A stretch of DNA of 55,101 nucleotides. It comes from Octopus bimaculoides (Eukaryota). This document shows, in pieces, positions 11,385-23,559 of the stretch. Below the pieces are notes generated by a model. The model was not told the origin of the DNA. It ran no database searches and worked only from the letters and a program-made list of their open reading frames with translations. Each line of letters starts with the position of its first letter. Position 1 is the stretch's first letter. The position numbers and the translations under genes are program-made. Location: the NCBI RefSeq assembly GCF_001194135.2, contig NC_068984.1:14037727-14092827 (forward strand), read 5' to 3'.

Positions 11385-12975
11385 GTGACTGATACAGTTA
11401 CACTGCGTAGCAAGTGTCTTCTGCTATTGCCTCGAGCTGACTAAACTTCTGAATGTATTTTGCAGTAGAAACTGAAAGAAGTCCGTCGTATATATACACA
11501 GGGTGCGAGGGGTATTTAAGGACAATGTTGCTATACAATAAAACAATAATATTTCAGCATAAATAAATATGTATTTGAATAAACATTTGTGCAATTAGTC
11601 TTGATAATGATTTTTTAAGCAAATTATTCTAAGAAACCGCCTTCGGCTTCGATGACTGCTTCAATGCAGGACTGAAACCGCTAACATGCTGACACTATAT
11701 GGTCCTTGTTCATTTTGAACACCACCTGGACAATGGCGGCCTTCAGTGAAGTTATGGTATTATTATGATGGCGATTAGTCTCCCTTTTAACAACGCTCCA
11801 CGTGTAGTAGTCCACGAGGTCCAAATCTGGCGAGTTTAGAGGCCACATATTGGATGGTACATAATCGTAAAGATTATCTTACAATCATTCTTGGGTGACT
11901 AGGGCTTTGTGAGGAGATGCTAAATCTTGTTGAAAGACATATGGATTTCCGTTGCATATTCAATCAATCCGGGACTTGATAACAGTTTCCAGTACATCAA
12001 TGTATCCAGCAGCATTAATTCTAAAACCCTGTGGAAAAAGTAGGGTGGCATCCCATGACCTTCGCTACACATCACTCCTAAAACTATCACAGGTGCTGGA
12101 AACTTCGAGTGCATCACTATGGGTACTTCAGAAGGATCTGCTCATTAGAACCTGTCATTTCTTCTGTTAGACGTTTGGACCTGGCAAAATAATTGTTTTC
12201 AGAGAAAAACCAAAGCATGTCTTGTTCACTTTGTTAAGTAAGCGTTTTGAACGGATGAGACGATTTTCCGGTGTCTATGCAGACACAAATAGGCCTTTCC
12301 TCATTACATAGGACTTGTATCGAATGTCACGTTGTACCACAGTTCTGATAGTCCACTCTGACTCCCGAAGTTTTTAGCAATGAACCTCATTGATCATCTG
12401 GGGTTTTCATTGACAATGTTTAAAACATGTATAAATTCCAGTGTCCTTTTAGTGCATGGGCGTTGTGGATGTTTGTTTTTTGGTCTTGGATACAGGTGAA
12501 ACATTACTATCTCATGCCTCCAATTCCAACCGAACTTTGTGTACAAATGTGCTTGCAACATTTAGAAAGTTGCTAATTTCTAAATGTCGTTTGCATGCAT
12601 AGCAACTATGACTGCATGCATTTTAATTTCTTGAGTTAACTTGATGTCATGAAAGTTTAATCTGAAATTAAAAAAAAAAAATATGCATCAGAAAATTTGA
12701 AAGTGTAATGAACTAAAAGCGAAACGTCCTGAAGTACACTCGCATCCTGTGTGTGTGTATATATCAACGTAAGTATGTATGTTCCTATCTGTGATATCGC
12801 CATACGACCTCTTGACCAAAATGTTTGTGGTGTGTTTATGGCACTGTAACTTAGTGGTTCGGCAAACAGCCTGATGTGATAAATACCATGGTTAAAAAAT
12901 AAACGTACTGGAGTTGGTACGTTCGACTAAAGTTTATTCAAAATGGTGCCCCAGCATGACTGCAATCTAAGACTG
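11385..12975 (+). mobile_element. SINE family B interrupted by a DNA transposon (5' half 11385-11498, 3' half 12750-12975)
   Basis: gcaagtgtcttctgctattgcc...gaaactgaaagaagtccgtcgtata before the transposon; aacttagtggttcggcaaa...ccccagcatgactgca after it. Confidence 0.75.
11499..12749 (-). mobile_element. Decayed DD37D (maT-type) Tc1/mariner transposon, near full length
   Basis: Degenerate TIRs cagggtgcgaggggtatttaaggac / gtcctgaagtacactcgcatcctg. Minus-strand translation VFQQD-LASPHKALVTQE*L*DNLYDYVPSNMWPLNSPDLDLV-DYYTW has 37 residues between the two D. KFPAPVIVLGV motif and C-terminal IEAEGGFLE; stops and frameshifts present. Confidence 0.9.
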
Positions 12976-13725
12976 NNNNNNNNNNNNNNNNNNNNNNNNN
13001 NNNNNNNNNNNNNNNNNNNNNNNNNNNNNNNNNNNNNNNNNNNNNNNNNNNNNNNNNNNNNNNNNNNNNNNNNNNNNNNNNNNNNNNNNNNNNNNNNNNN
13101 NNNNNNNNNNNNNNNNNNNNNNNNNNNNNNNNNNNNNNNNNNNNNNNNNNNNNNNNNNNNNNNNNNNNNNNNNNNNNNNNNNNNNNNNNNNNNNNNNNNN
13201 NNNNNNNNNNTATATATATATGTATGTATGAATGTATGTATATATGTATCTATGTGTGTATATATCAACGTAAGTATGTATGTTCCTATCTGTGATATCG
13301 CCATACGACCTCTTGACCAAAATGTTTGTGGTGTGTTTATGGCACTGTAACTTAGTGGTTCGGCAAACAGCCTGATGTGATAAATACCATGGTTAAAAAA
13401 TAAACGTACTGGAGTTGGTACGTTCGACTAAAGTTTATTCAAAATGGTGCCCCAGCATGACTGCAATCTAAGACTGAAAACAATAAAAGATAAATCTCAT
13501 TGTTTTTGAGAAATTCCAGTATTTTTCATTTTACGCCAGAAAGTATAGAAACGTGTTCGCTTTGAAATTATTTAAAAATATTTTCTTAGAATAACCCATG
13601 GAAAGTGAAGGATTACAGCATTCAGCTTAGCAACTTCGCCTCCGGCGCTTGCTTTCAACGTTAAAATATTGCAGTTGTTTAATTCACCATCTCTTGCGTA
13701 AATTTTTTATTGTGATACATACATA

Positions 13726-13758
<33 letters not shown>

Positions 13759-14950
13759 NNNNNNNNNNNNNNNNNNNNNNNNNNNNNNNNNNNNNNNNNN
13801 NNNNNNNNNNNNNNNNNNNNNNNNNNNNNNNNNNNNNNNNNNNNNNNNNNNNNNNNNNNNNNNNNNNNNNNNNNNNNNNNNNNNNNNNNNNNNNNNNNNN
13901 NNNNNNNNNNNNNNNNNNNNNNNNNNNNNNNNNNNNNNNNNNNNNNNNNNNNNNNNNNNNNNNNNNNNNNNNNNNNNNNNNNNNNNNNNNNNNNNNNNNN
14001 NNNNNNNNNNNNNNNNNNNNNNNNNNNNNNNNNNNNNNNNNNNNNNNNNNNNNNNNNNNNNNNNNNNNNNNNNNNNNNNNNNNNNNNNNNNNNNNNNNNN
14101 NNNNNNNNNNNNNNNNNNNNNNNNNNNNNNNNNNNNNNNNNNNNNNNNNNNNNNNNNNNNNNNNNNNNNNNNNNNNNNNNNNNNNNNNNNNNNNNNNNNN
14201 NNNNNNNNNNNNNNNNNNNNNNNNNNNNNNNNNNNNNNNNNNNNNNNNNNNNNNNNNNNNNNNNNNNNNNNNNNNNNNNNNNNNNNNNNNNNNNNNNNNN
14301 NNNNNNNNNNNNNNNNNNNNNNNNNNNNNNNNNNNNNNNNNNNNNNNNNNNNNNNNNNNNNNNNNNNNNNNNNNNNNNNNNNNNNNNNNNNNNNNNNNNN
14401 NNNNNNNNNNNNNNNNNNNNNNNNNNNNNNNNNNNTATATATATATATATATATGTATATATATAAATATATATAAATATATAAGTACATATATGTATAT
14501 ACCCACACATGCACTCACACGCACACACGCGCACACACACACATATATACATACTATATAGATACATATTGTTTCATATTTGTTTTTTTTTTTATAATCA
14601 GATCATTGTATACTCTTCTCTCAAAAGTTATATCCTCTAAAAGTGATATGCCGAAGGTATTCGTTACGTTTTATACAGCACTGTTTAAACAAAATATGTC
14701 CAGTTTTATCACCCAAAATAACGAATATCAAATTGGAACTTCACTGCCTTTCTGAAGTTCTCAAGTTATGTAAACCCTGGGGTTCCAATCATTGTTTCTC
14801 TAAGGATTGGATTACCAGTAATGCGCACGACTGACCTTGTTAAGGTTGAAATTACTGTTGATTAGACGTCTTTTTCTTTTTCCTCGAGACATTGCATATA
14901 TTAGCCTGCATTTAACTATACGCATTGAAGTTTCAAAATACAGACGTAAT

Positions 14951-15405
14951 AAGGCGGCGAACTGGTAGAAACGTTAGCATTCCGGGCGAAATGCTTAGCG
15001 GTATTTCGTTTGCTGCTACGTTCTGAGTTCAAATTCCGCCGAGATCGACTTTGCCTTTCATCCTTTCAGGGTTGATTAAATAAGTACCAGTTACGCACTG
15101 GGGGCCATATATATAATCGACTTAATCTCTTTGTCTGTCATTGTTTATCCCCTCTATGTTTAGCCCCATGTGGGCAATAAAGAAATAAGAAACGGTAGCA
15201 CGCTGGGCGAAATGCTTAGCAGTATTTCATCTGTCTTTACGTTCTGAGTTCAAATTCCGCCGAGGATGACTTTGCCTTTCATCATTTGGGGGTTGATTAA
15301 ATAATCACCAGTTAAGCAGTGGGTTCAATCTAATTGACTTAATCCCCTAGTCTGTCCTTGTTTGTCCCCTCTATGTTTGGCCCCCTGTGAGCAATAAGGG
15401 AATAA
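14951..15405 (+). mobile_element. SINE family A dimer (long tail)
   Basis: Two colinear units; the second begins at gaaacggtagc (15189). Confidence 0.9.
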
Positions 15406-15420
15406 ATATATAGACGTAAT

Positions 15421-15590
15421 AAGGCGGCGAGCTAGCAGAAACGTTCTGAGTTCAAATTCCGCCGAGGTCGACTTTGCCTTTCATCCTTTCGGGGTCGATA
15501 AATTAAGTACCATTTGCATACTGGGATCGATCTTATCGACTGACACCCTCCTCAAAAAGTCCGGACCTTGTGCCTAGAGTAGTAAAGAAT
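15421..15590 (+). mobile_element. SINE family A, short tail, deletion in head
   Basis: aaggcggcgagctagcagaaacgttctgagttcaaattccgccgaggtcgactttgcc. Confidence 0.9.
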
Positions 15591-15855
15591 ATACAGACGT
15601 AATCCGTTCCGAAGAGTACTTCGTTAGCTAAACTATTTATTCGATGACGACTTGAAATATATATACACAATCGTAATCGGTTCCAAGCCACACTCAGACT
15701 TCACATAAAACATTGAAATGATGCTCTATTTGTCCATCCGTCTATAGCAAATGCATAAATCTATACGTAAATAGAGGGGAACTCTCTAGGTACAACCCCA
15801 TGGTCATTCATGACCTAAGGGGGTCATTACTCTTATTTTCATATATACATATGTA

Positions 15856-16070
15856 AAGGCGCCGACTTGGCAGAATCGTTAGAACGCCGGACGAAATAGT
15901 GATATTTCGTCTGTTTTCATGTTCTGAGTTCAAATTCCGCCGAGGTCGATTTTGCTTTTTCTCCCTTTCTAACTAAGTACCAGTTACGAACTGGAGTCGA
16001 TGTAATCGACTAACCCTACCCCCACCCCCGCCTCCAAAATTTCAGGCGTTGTGCCTATACTAGAAAGTAT
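15856..16070 (+). mobile_element. SINE family A, short tail
   Basis: Head, body and tail ttgtgcctatactagaaag all present. Confidence 0.9.
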
Positions 16071-16613
16071 TCTATATAAATATGTACATATACGTGTGCT
16101 TGTGTTTGTGGGTATCGGTGTGTGGGTGTCTGTGCGTATGTGAGAGAGAGAGGGCGGAGAGAGGGAGTGAGTGAGAGAGCGTTTTCTCCTTTATCTTCTG
16201 TCGATCTACGGTTATGTTTTTAGCAACAAATATTAGAAATGTGTACATGAACGTCAACGTACCGTTCCTAAGAAGCTCAACCGGCCACTTGTACATGTCT
16301 GATCGCGGTTTGTTGTTCAAATTTTAGCTCGAGGCAAAATGGAATTTCAGTTTGAAAATCTGTTCTCTATACAAGTTTTTCGTTTAAGGTAACTTTCGTA
16401 TATGCTCTTCTAGCACATACGTGAGCGTAGTCCAGTCGTGGTTTGTTGTTCAGAGCTTAGATCGCTAAGTGAATTGGCACCCAGTCACTAGTACGCTTAC
16501 GTAGTCTACTTGTAGTTAGGTGATCAAATTTCAGCTTGTGTTCCGTGTTGCAATTTGAGTAAACAGTTCGTTATTCAATTTCTTCATTTAGGAAATCGAT
16601 CCCACAGGGGTAG

Positions 16614-16675
16614 CAGACGAAACACCGCTAAGTATTTTCTCCCGCGTCCTAACGATTTTGCTCGCTTGCTGCCTT
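16614..16675 (-). mobile_element. SINE family A head fragment
   Basis: cagacgaaacaccgctaagtatttt...ctaacgattttgctcgc. Confidence 0.65.
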
Positions 16676-16727
16676 AATAATAATAACAATAATAATCATA
16701 ATAATAATATTAATAATAATAATAATA

Positions 16728-16770
<43 letters not shown>

Positions 16771-16931
16771 GGGTGGTGGTGGTGGTGGTGGTGGTTGTCG
16801 TCGTCGTCGTCGTCGTCGTCATAATGATGATGATGATGACAAGAAGAAGAAGAAGAAGAAGAAGAAGAAGAAGAAGAAGAAGAAGAAGAAGAAGAAGAAG
16901 AAGAAGAAGAAGAAGAAGAAGAAGAAGAAGA
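16676..16931. repeat. Compound trinucleotide array (AAT)(GAT)(GGT)(CGT)(GAT)(GAA)n
   Basis: Visible. Confidence 0.95.
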
Positions 16932-17301
16932 ATCGTTCAGTAACACTGCAAATGTTTTTTTTTTTCAAATAGGAACCTAACTAACCAATGAATGCCGAAT
17001 TTTCCTCTTTTGATTCGGATTATTTATAAAGGCATGGAGTAATCACCTGAATGAAATGTTTTCAAGTTTCAAATATATAATGGATTCAATGTCTTGAAAC
17101 ATGTAATGAGGAATTCCTCACAAACGAAGCTAATTCACGCTGCAATTTTATTAATTGCTTCTGTAATGAGTATGTTCAAACGGAACTCTTAACAATAGTT
17201 AGATGTCTTTAAGAAATACATTAGATCTGAAATTAGAGGAGAATTATAAAGGATAAGATTGGTTTTGATGTATAAATGTAAATATTAATATTACGTAATT
17301 T

Positions 17302-17675
17302 GAGGCAGCGAACAAGCAGAATCGTTTGCACGTCGGCCAAAATGCTTTACGGCCTTTTTTCTGTCTTTATATTCTGAGTTCAATATCTGTCAAGGTCGAC
17401 TTTAACTTTCATCCTTTCCGTGTCGATAAAATAACTACCGGTCGAGCACTGGGGTCGATGTGATCGACCTAGCCCAACCCCCGAATTTGAAACCAATATA
17501 ACGGAGGTTTAAGGCTGCGACCTGGCAAAATCGTTACAAAGTCAGAGAAAATACTAAGCGGTTGTGAGTTCAAATTCCGCTGATGTCAGCTTTGCTTTTC
17601 ATCATTTCTGCATCGATTAAGTGAATTACTACTCAAGGACTGGGCTCGATGCGCTCGACTTATTCCATCGCTTTT
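17302..17675 (+). mobile_element. Two adjacent decayed SINE family A copies (17302-17495, 17511-17675)
   Basis: Each has a gagttcaa B-box-like motif, gtcgactttaactttcatcc / gtcagctttgcttttcatc, and ctgggNtcgatg. Confidence 0.8.
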
Positions 17676-18074
17676 AGTAAAATTGGTAGCCATGCACCAA
17701 AATTCGAAACCAATATATAAATACACATTTTCCTCGACTTACGACCGAGTTCCGTTTCGACTGAATGACGATCTGGTCGTATGTCGACCTGGTCGTAAGT
17801 CAACGTGGTCGTATGTCGGATTTATATTTTTCAACACTATTTTCATTCAAACTCAACTGATGCGCGAAAGTGACTGTGTGAGAGATAGTGGCAGGCAGTG
17901 GATGCCTGGTTCTGAGGAAGCGCTACGTTGCCAAGTGATATCATAGTTATCGTACGCGCAGCTGCCCAACATTCGAAAATCGATTTATTTATTTATTTTG
18001 ATTTATTTACTTTTTCTGGTGGTAAGTGCGGATGGTGGTAAGTCGAGGAGAAGGTGTAAGTTTAAGATGGTGGT

Positions 18075-18205
18075 ATAGCTAAGGCGCCGGACAAAATACT
18101 TAGCAGCGTTTCTTCCGGTTTTTTCTGTTCTAAGTTCGAATTTTGCCGGGTTCAAATTTGCCGTTCATCTTTTCGAAATTCATAAAATAACTAGATCTCA
18201 ACTAC
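18075..18205 (+). mobile_element. SINE family A, decayed
   Basis: ccggacaaaatacttagcagcg...gttctaagttcgaattttgccggg. Confidence 0.65.
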
Positions 18206-18313
18206 TAGGGTTTTGTGTCCAAATCAGAAAGAATATTACTTCAGTTTATTTCCTAACTTTGTAAATCATCCGACTCCATTGTGTGGGAAATTTTTTTCTT
18301 TTTAACATATATA

Positions 18314-19213
18314 TTGGGTCATCCCATAAATATGGTGGGGTTTTTTCAATTGATTGAATTAAAAGTCGGAGGGAGATGGGATACACTACCTGCATCAACT
18401 TGCCATAAAAGCAGGTAGCAATTTAACCTTGGTTTTATTCTTAGTGTAGTTTAACAGTTTTAACAGTCATGTTTTCAAACCTATAATTGAAGTGACAAAG
18501 GGGCATGTTCGGTATATTTTACTTTATGAGTTCATTAAACGCAATCACGCAGCGGAAAGTGCAAGGGATGTTAATGCAGTGTATGGTGATCGGGCAATAA
18601 GTGTAAGCCAGTATCAACGGTGGTTCCAGATATTCCAAGCCGGAAACTACAACCTAGAAGACGTACCTCGTCCTGGAGGATCTGTAGAATTCGACAAGGA
18701 CATCTTGAAAACCCTGGTGGGACAAAATCCCATCATAACTGTTGAGGAACTAGCAGAGAAGCTTCAATTTGTTCATTCAATCATTCATCGACGCCTGTGC
18801 TGGAAGAAAAATGACCATCTTCTGTTTCAAGACGAACGGTATTCTTCCATCAGGATAATGCTCGAGCACATACAGCGACGATGACATTCCAAAGTCTGGT
18901 GCAGTCTGACTAAGAAACGATGCCCCACCCACCATATTCACCAGACATTGCCCCATCTGATTATCATTTATTACGCAGTCTTCAAAATCATTTGGATTGG
19001 AAAAATATGAATTCTGTAGACGAAGTCTGAACAGTACAGGAGGAGTATTTGTCATCACGGACAAGTGAATTTTGGAAGAGGGCCCTGCAAATCTACAAGA
19101 TAGATGGAAGAGCATTGTAGAAAATGAAGGAGATTAAAAAAGAACTTTGTTTATCTTAATTTTGAAAAATAAACGAAGATTAAGAAAACGACATTATTTG
19201 TGGGATGACCCAA
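18314..19213 (+). mobile_element. Internally deleted mariner (DD34D-type) transposon
   Basis: TIRs ttgggtcatccca(t/c)aaata; 5' TA. HTH region (ORF 18492-18884: RYILLYEF...QRWFQIFQAGNYNLEDVPRPG) and PHPPYSPDIAPSDYHL motif near 18925-18970; central catalytic part deleted. Confidence 0.92.
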
Positions 19214-20647
19214 GAGTTCCTATAATTGTTTTCCTATCTTTTAACTCACGAATAAAGATAGCGTTTCCATGTTTGTCCCAAGCGTCCATGCATATCTTCA
19301 AATTTTTAGTTAGCTCTTGCTCCATTCGTTCTTAGTAATATAACATTGTTCTCTCATAAGTCGTAAATTATTCTAAAGTATGGAAACGATTGAGAATGTG
19401 TGTCACATATGATGCATGGAAGCCATGGGAATATGCTCTATGTATCACATGTGATGCACAGGAAATGCAAAGCGTTAAAGAACCTCTGCCTTTGATGAGA
19501 ATGATGATGGAGATATGTCCTCAAACTGTGACATGAGGACCGAAGGCAAGGGAATGAACACCCGTCAAATTAGTCAAGCTGTCAGTTGGTGGCTTTCAGT
19601 CAGAAAACGCCTCCAGTCAAATAAACCACCATGGTCAAGTATTCAAATAAGCCACGGTCAGATTTGAAGTTTGAATTTTTTATAAATTTACTTGTTTCAT
19701 TCATTGGTTGCAGCAAAGTTGGGTCCTTGTCTTGGAGATCAGATCACCCATATTACTTAAATTGGTCTCCTTTGCGGAGCAGTTAAGTTCGGATGATATA
19801 AACAAACCAACACCGCTTGTAAAACATCAAGCTTTGGTGATAGAGATAAACACGAGACGACACACACACACACACAAAATTATTTTTTCATTAAATTTCA
19901 TTTAAAATTATCGCGCTGAACATGTTTTCGGAAATACGGATTACCATAAACTCATAAACTATGGGGAATAATATGAAAGTACTTTGGCTATTGATGCAGT
20001 ACACTTTTGATAATGGTATATGATACCACCCGCCCGCCTACGAAGTTCATCCAGAATTTGCGAAATGTTCCTACATTCCACGAACACAATAAGATACTAG
20101 TAAATAAGATGCGAGTGCAAAATATTTAATGATGTTTTTTTCTATATTTTTCTGTCCTGTGCAAGCAAGTATAGAAATATATATAGATACAGTAATCTCT
20201 TGCAGATAATTGAAATGCTCTGCCTTCTTGTAAAACTATTTATCACCATTTTTAATACAATAGGACAACTGTCAACAGAAGCCTCTTAAATATACTATAA
20301 TATATATGCAAATGTTGAAAGGTCGCCAGTTGATTACCATTACGCTGAACTAAGTGATATTCTTGTCAAGATAAAAAGAAATTTGTCTGGTGAATATATC
20401 TACCGACTACTGAAGCTGAAAACTGTATATTAAAAACAGATTTTGTGAAAGTAAACGCAATAATATCTAAAGAATTCATTTCTGCTCTAGGAAACATAGA
20501 GGAATGTTACATTTCTTTTCTGATAAATCGTTCCACATACAAAATCACAGGCGCAAGAGTGTGTATTAATAAGATTATATTTCTTTTCGCTTAAACACAG
20601 TTACATAGCTATCACATTACCGTGCATATATATATACATGTACATAC

Positions 20648-20705
<58 letters not shown>

Positions 20706-21634
20706 CTCTGTGTCTCTGTGTGTACATATGTATGTATATATNNNNNNNNNNNNNNNNNNNNNNNNNNNNNNNNNNNNNNNNNNNNNNNNNNNNNNNNNNN
20801 NNNNNNNNNNNNNNNNNNNNNNNNNNNNNNNNNNNNNNNNNNNNNNNNNNNNNNNNNNNNNNNNNNNNNNNNNNNNNNNNNNNNNNNNNNNNNNNNNNNN
20901 NNNNNNNNNNNNNNNNNNNNNNNNNNNNNNNNNNNNNNNNNNNNNNNNNNNNNNNNNNNNNNNNNNNNNNNNNNNNNNNNNNNNNNNNNNNNNNNNNNNN
21001 NNNNNNNNNNNNNNNNNNNNNNNNNNNNNNNNNNNNNNNNNNNNNNNNNNNNNNNNNNNNNNNNNNNNNNNNNNNNNNNNNNNNNNNNNNNNNNNNNNNN
21101 NNNNNNNNNNNNNNNNNNNNNNNNNNNNNNNNNNNNNNNNNNNNNNNNNNNNNNNNNNNNNNNNNNNNNNNNNNNNNNNNNNNNNNNNNNNNNNNNNNNN
21201 NNNNNNNNNNNNNNNNNNNNNNNNNNNNNNNNNNNNNNNNNNNNNNNNNNNNNNNNNNNNNNNNNNNNNNNNNNNNNNNNNNNNNNNNNNNNNNNNNNNN
21301 NNNNNNNNNNNNNNNNNNNNNNNNNNNNNNNNNNNNNNNNNNNNNNNNNNNNNNNNNNNNNNNNNNNNNNNNNNNNNNNNNNNNNNNNNNNNNNNNNNNN
21401 NNNNNNNNNNNNNNNNNNNNNNNNNNNNNNNNNNNNNNNNNNNNNNNNNNNNNNNNNNNNNNNNNNNNNNNNNNNNNNNNNNNNNNNNNNNNNNNNNNNN
21501 NNNNNNNNNNNNNNNNNNNNNNNNNNNNNNNNNNNNNNNNNNNNNNNNNNNNNNNNNNNNNNNNNNNNNNNNNNNNNNNNNNNNNNNNNNNNNNNNNNNN
21601 NNNNNNNNNNNNNNNNNNATATATATATATATAT

Positions 21635-21775
21635 ACGGTGGGCTTATTTCAGTTTCCTAACAACCGAATCCATTTACAAGGCTTTGGTCAGTCCAGGCTA
21701 TAGTAGAAAAAAATTATCCAAGGCCCACGTACTAGGCTTGAACCCGGAACCATGCAGCTGGGAAGCTAACTTCTT
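21635..21775 (-). mobile_element. SINE family B, 5' half
   Basis: ttcagtttcc...caaggctttggtcagtccaggctatagtaga...gaacccggaaccatg. Confidence 0.8.
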
Positions 21776-21902
21776 AATAGAGAGCTTATATATGTATATG
21801 TGTGTAATGTATGCATACACACACATACACACACGTATGCATATATATACATATATATAGTGTATATCTACATGTATATACGCACACACGAACATATATT
21901 CT

Positions 21903-22410
21903 TTTCCTTGTTTCAGTCATCTGACTGCAGCCATGCTGGAGCACTGCTTTTAGTCGAACCAAACGATACCATGACTTATATCTTTGTAAGCCTAATACTT
22001 ATTCTATCCGCGTTCGCTAGGTTACGAATATATAAACACATCAACATTGGTGCCAATCGATGGTGCTGGGGACAAAAGTACACTGAAATACATTCATTTA
22101 TATATATATATTATGTACACATATATGTACATAAGTATATGTACATATATACGTGTGTGTGTGTATACATACATACATATATAAATTTATTTTGTATCCT
22201 ATTCTTATTTCAGTCATGAGACTGCGACTAGGCTGGAGCACCACCTTCAAGAGTTTTAACCGAGCAAATCGACCACAGTATTTATTATATGTTTGAAAAA
22301 CCCGGTGCTTATACTAACGATCTTTTATGCCGAACCGTTAAGTTAGGAGAACGTAAACACAACAATACCAGCTGACAGACGGATGCGGTGGTGGTGGATA
22401 AACACATACA
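21903..22410 (-). mobile_element. Two SINE family B 3' halves (21903-22085, 22203-22410)
   Basis: tttcagtcat...ctggagcac...cgaaccg/gttacg...aaacac tail motifs. Confidence 0.75.
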
Positions 22411-22446
22411 CAAAGATACACACAAACATATATAAATACATACATA

Positions 22447-22730
22447 CAAGATATCAAGTAGTGGTGCAGTACGACCGTTTCAAGCGGCTCCACTTAACTG
22501 AACAATGCAATCATTACATCAATTTAAATTCATTTATGTTAATGTGTCCGACTGGTTAAAATTCTATATATTTATTTGTGCAGCTGATGATGGCTCAACA
22601 TTTAAACTGAAGCATTGTTCAATTAAATTGAGCCGCCTGAAACGGTCGTACTGCATTACTACTTGATATCCTGTTGCTTACTTTGAATTTATTCACCTTG
22701 CTTCGAGCTGTGCGGATAATACCGGACTGA
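22447..22730 (+). mobile_element. Foldback repeat: 62-bp inverted arms enclosing a degenerate hammerhead-like motif (Penelope-like terminal fragment)
   Basis: Arms 22447-22508 and 22612-22673 match at 55/62 by hand alignment; CTGATGA at 22584 followed by ggctcaa-cat-ttaaact-gaagc. Confidence 0.55.
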
Positions 22731-23334
22731 CTTGGTGCTTGAACTTAAGTACCTAATTGAAATGAATCTCAATTATATATATATATATATNNNNNNNNNN
22801 NNNNNNNNNNNNNNNNNNNNNNNNNNNNNNNNNNNNNNNNNNNNNNNNNNNNNNNNNNNNNNNNNNNNNNNNNNNNNNNNNNNNNNNNNNNNNNNNNNNN
22901 NNNNNNNNNNNNNNNNNNNNNNNNNNNNNNNNNNNNNNNNNNNNNNNNNNNNNNNNNNNNNNNNNNNNNNNNNNNNNNNNNNNNNNNNNNNNNNNNNNNN
23001 NNNNNNNNNNNNNNNNNNNNNNNNNNNNNNNNNNNNNNNNNNNNNNNNNNNNNNNNNNNNNNNNNNNNNNNNNNNNNNNNNNNNNNNNNNNNNNNNNNNN
23101 NNNNNNNNNNNNNNNNNNNNNNNNNNNNNNNNNNNNNNNNNNNNNNNNNNNNNNNNNNNNNNNNNNNNNNNNNNNNNNNNNNNNNNNNNNNNNNNNNNNN
23201 NNNNNNNNNNNNNNNNNNNNNNNNNNNNNNNNNNNNNNNNNNNNNNNNNNNNNNNNNNNNNNNNNNNNNNNNNNNNNNNNNNNNNNNNNNNNNNNNNNNA
23301 TATATATATATATATATATACACTTTTTTTTACA

Positions 23335-23530
23335 CTTTTATTTATTTCAGTCATTTGACTGTGGCCATGCTGGAGCACTACCTTTAGTCGAATAAAATCG
23401 ACGCCAGGACTTATTCTTTGAAAGCCTAGTGCTTATTATACCGGTGTCTTTTGTCGAACTGCTATGTTACGGGGACCTAAACACACCAAGTGATGTTGGG
23501 AGGACAAGCACAGATACACAACATACACAC
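23335..23530 (-). mobile_element. SINE family B, 3' half
   Basis: cagtcatttgactgtggccatgctggagcac...gttacggggacctaaacacacc. Confidence 0.85.
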
Positions 23531-23559
23531 ACACACACACACACATACATATATATATA

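Noticed and set aside
17774-17819. CRISPR-like array
   Set aside because: The units are contiguous with no unique spacers, and the context is eukaryotic with no cas genes.
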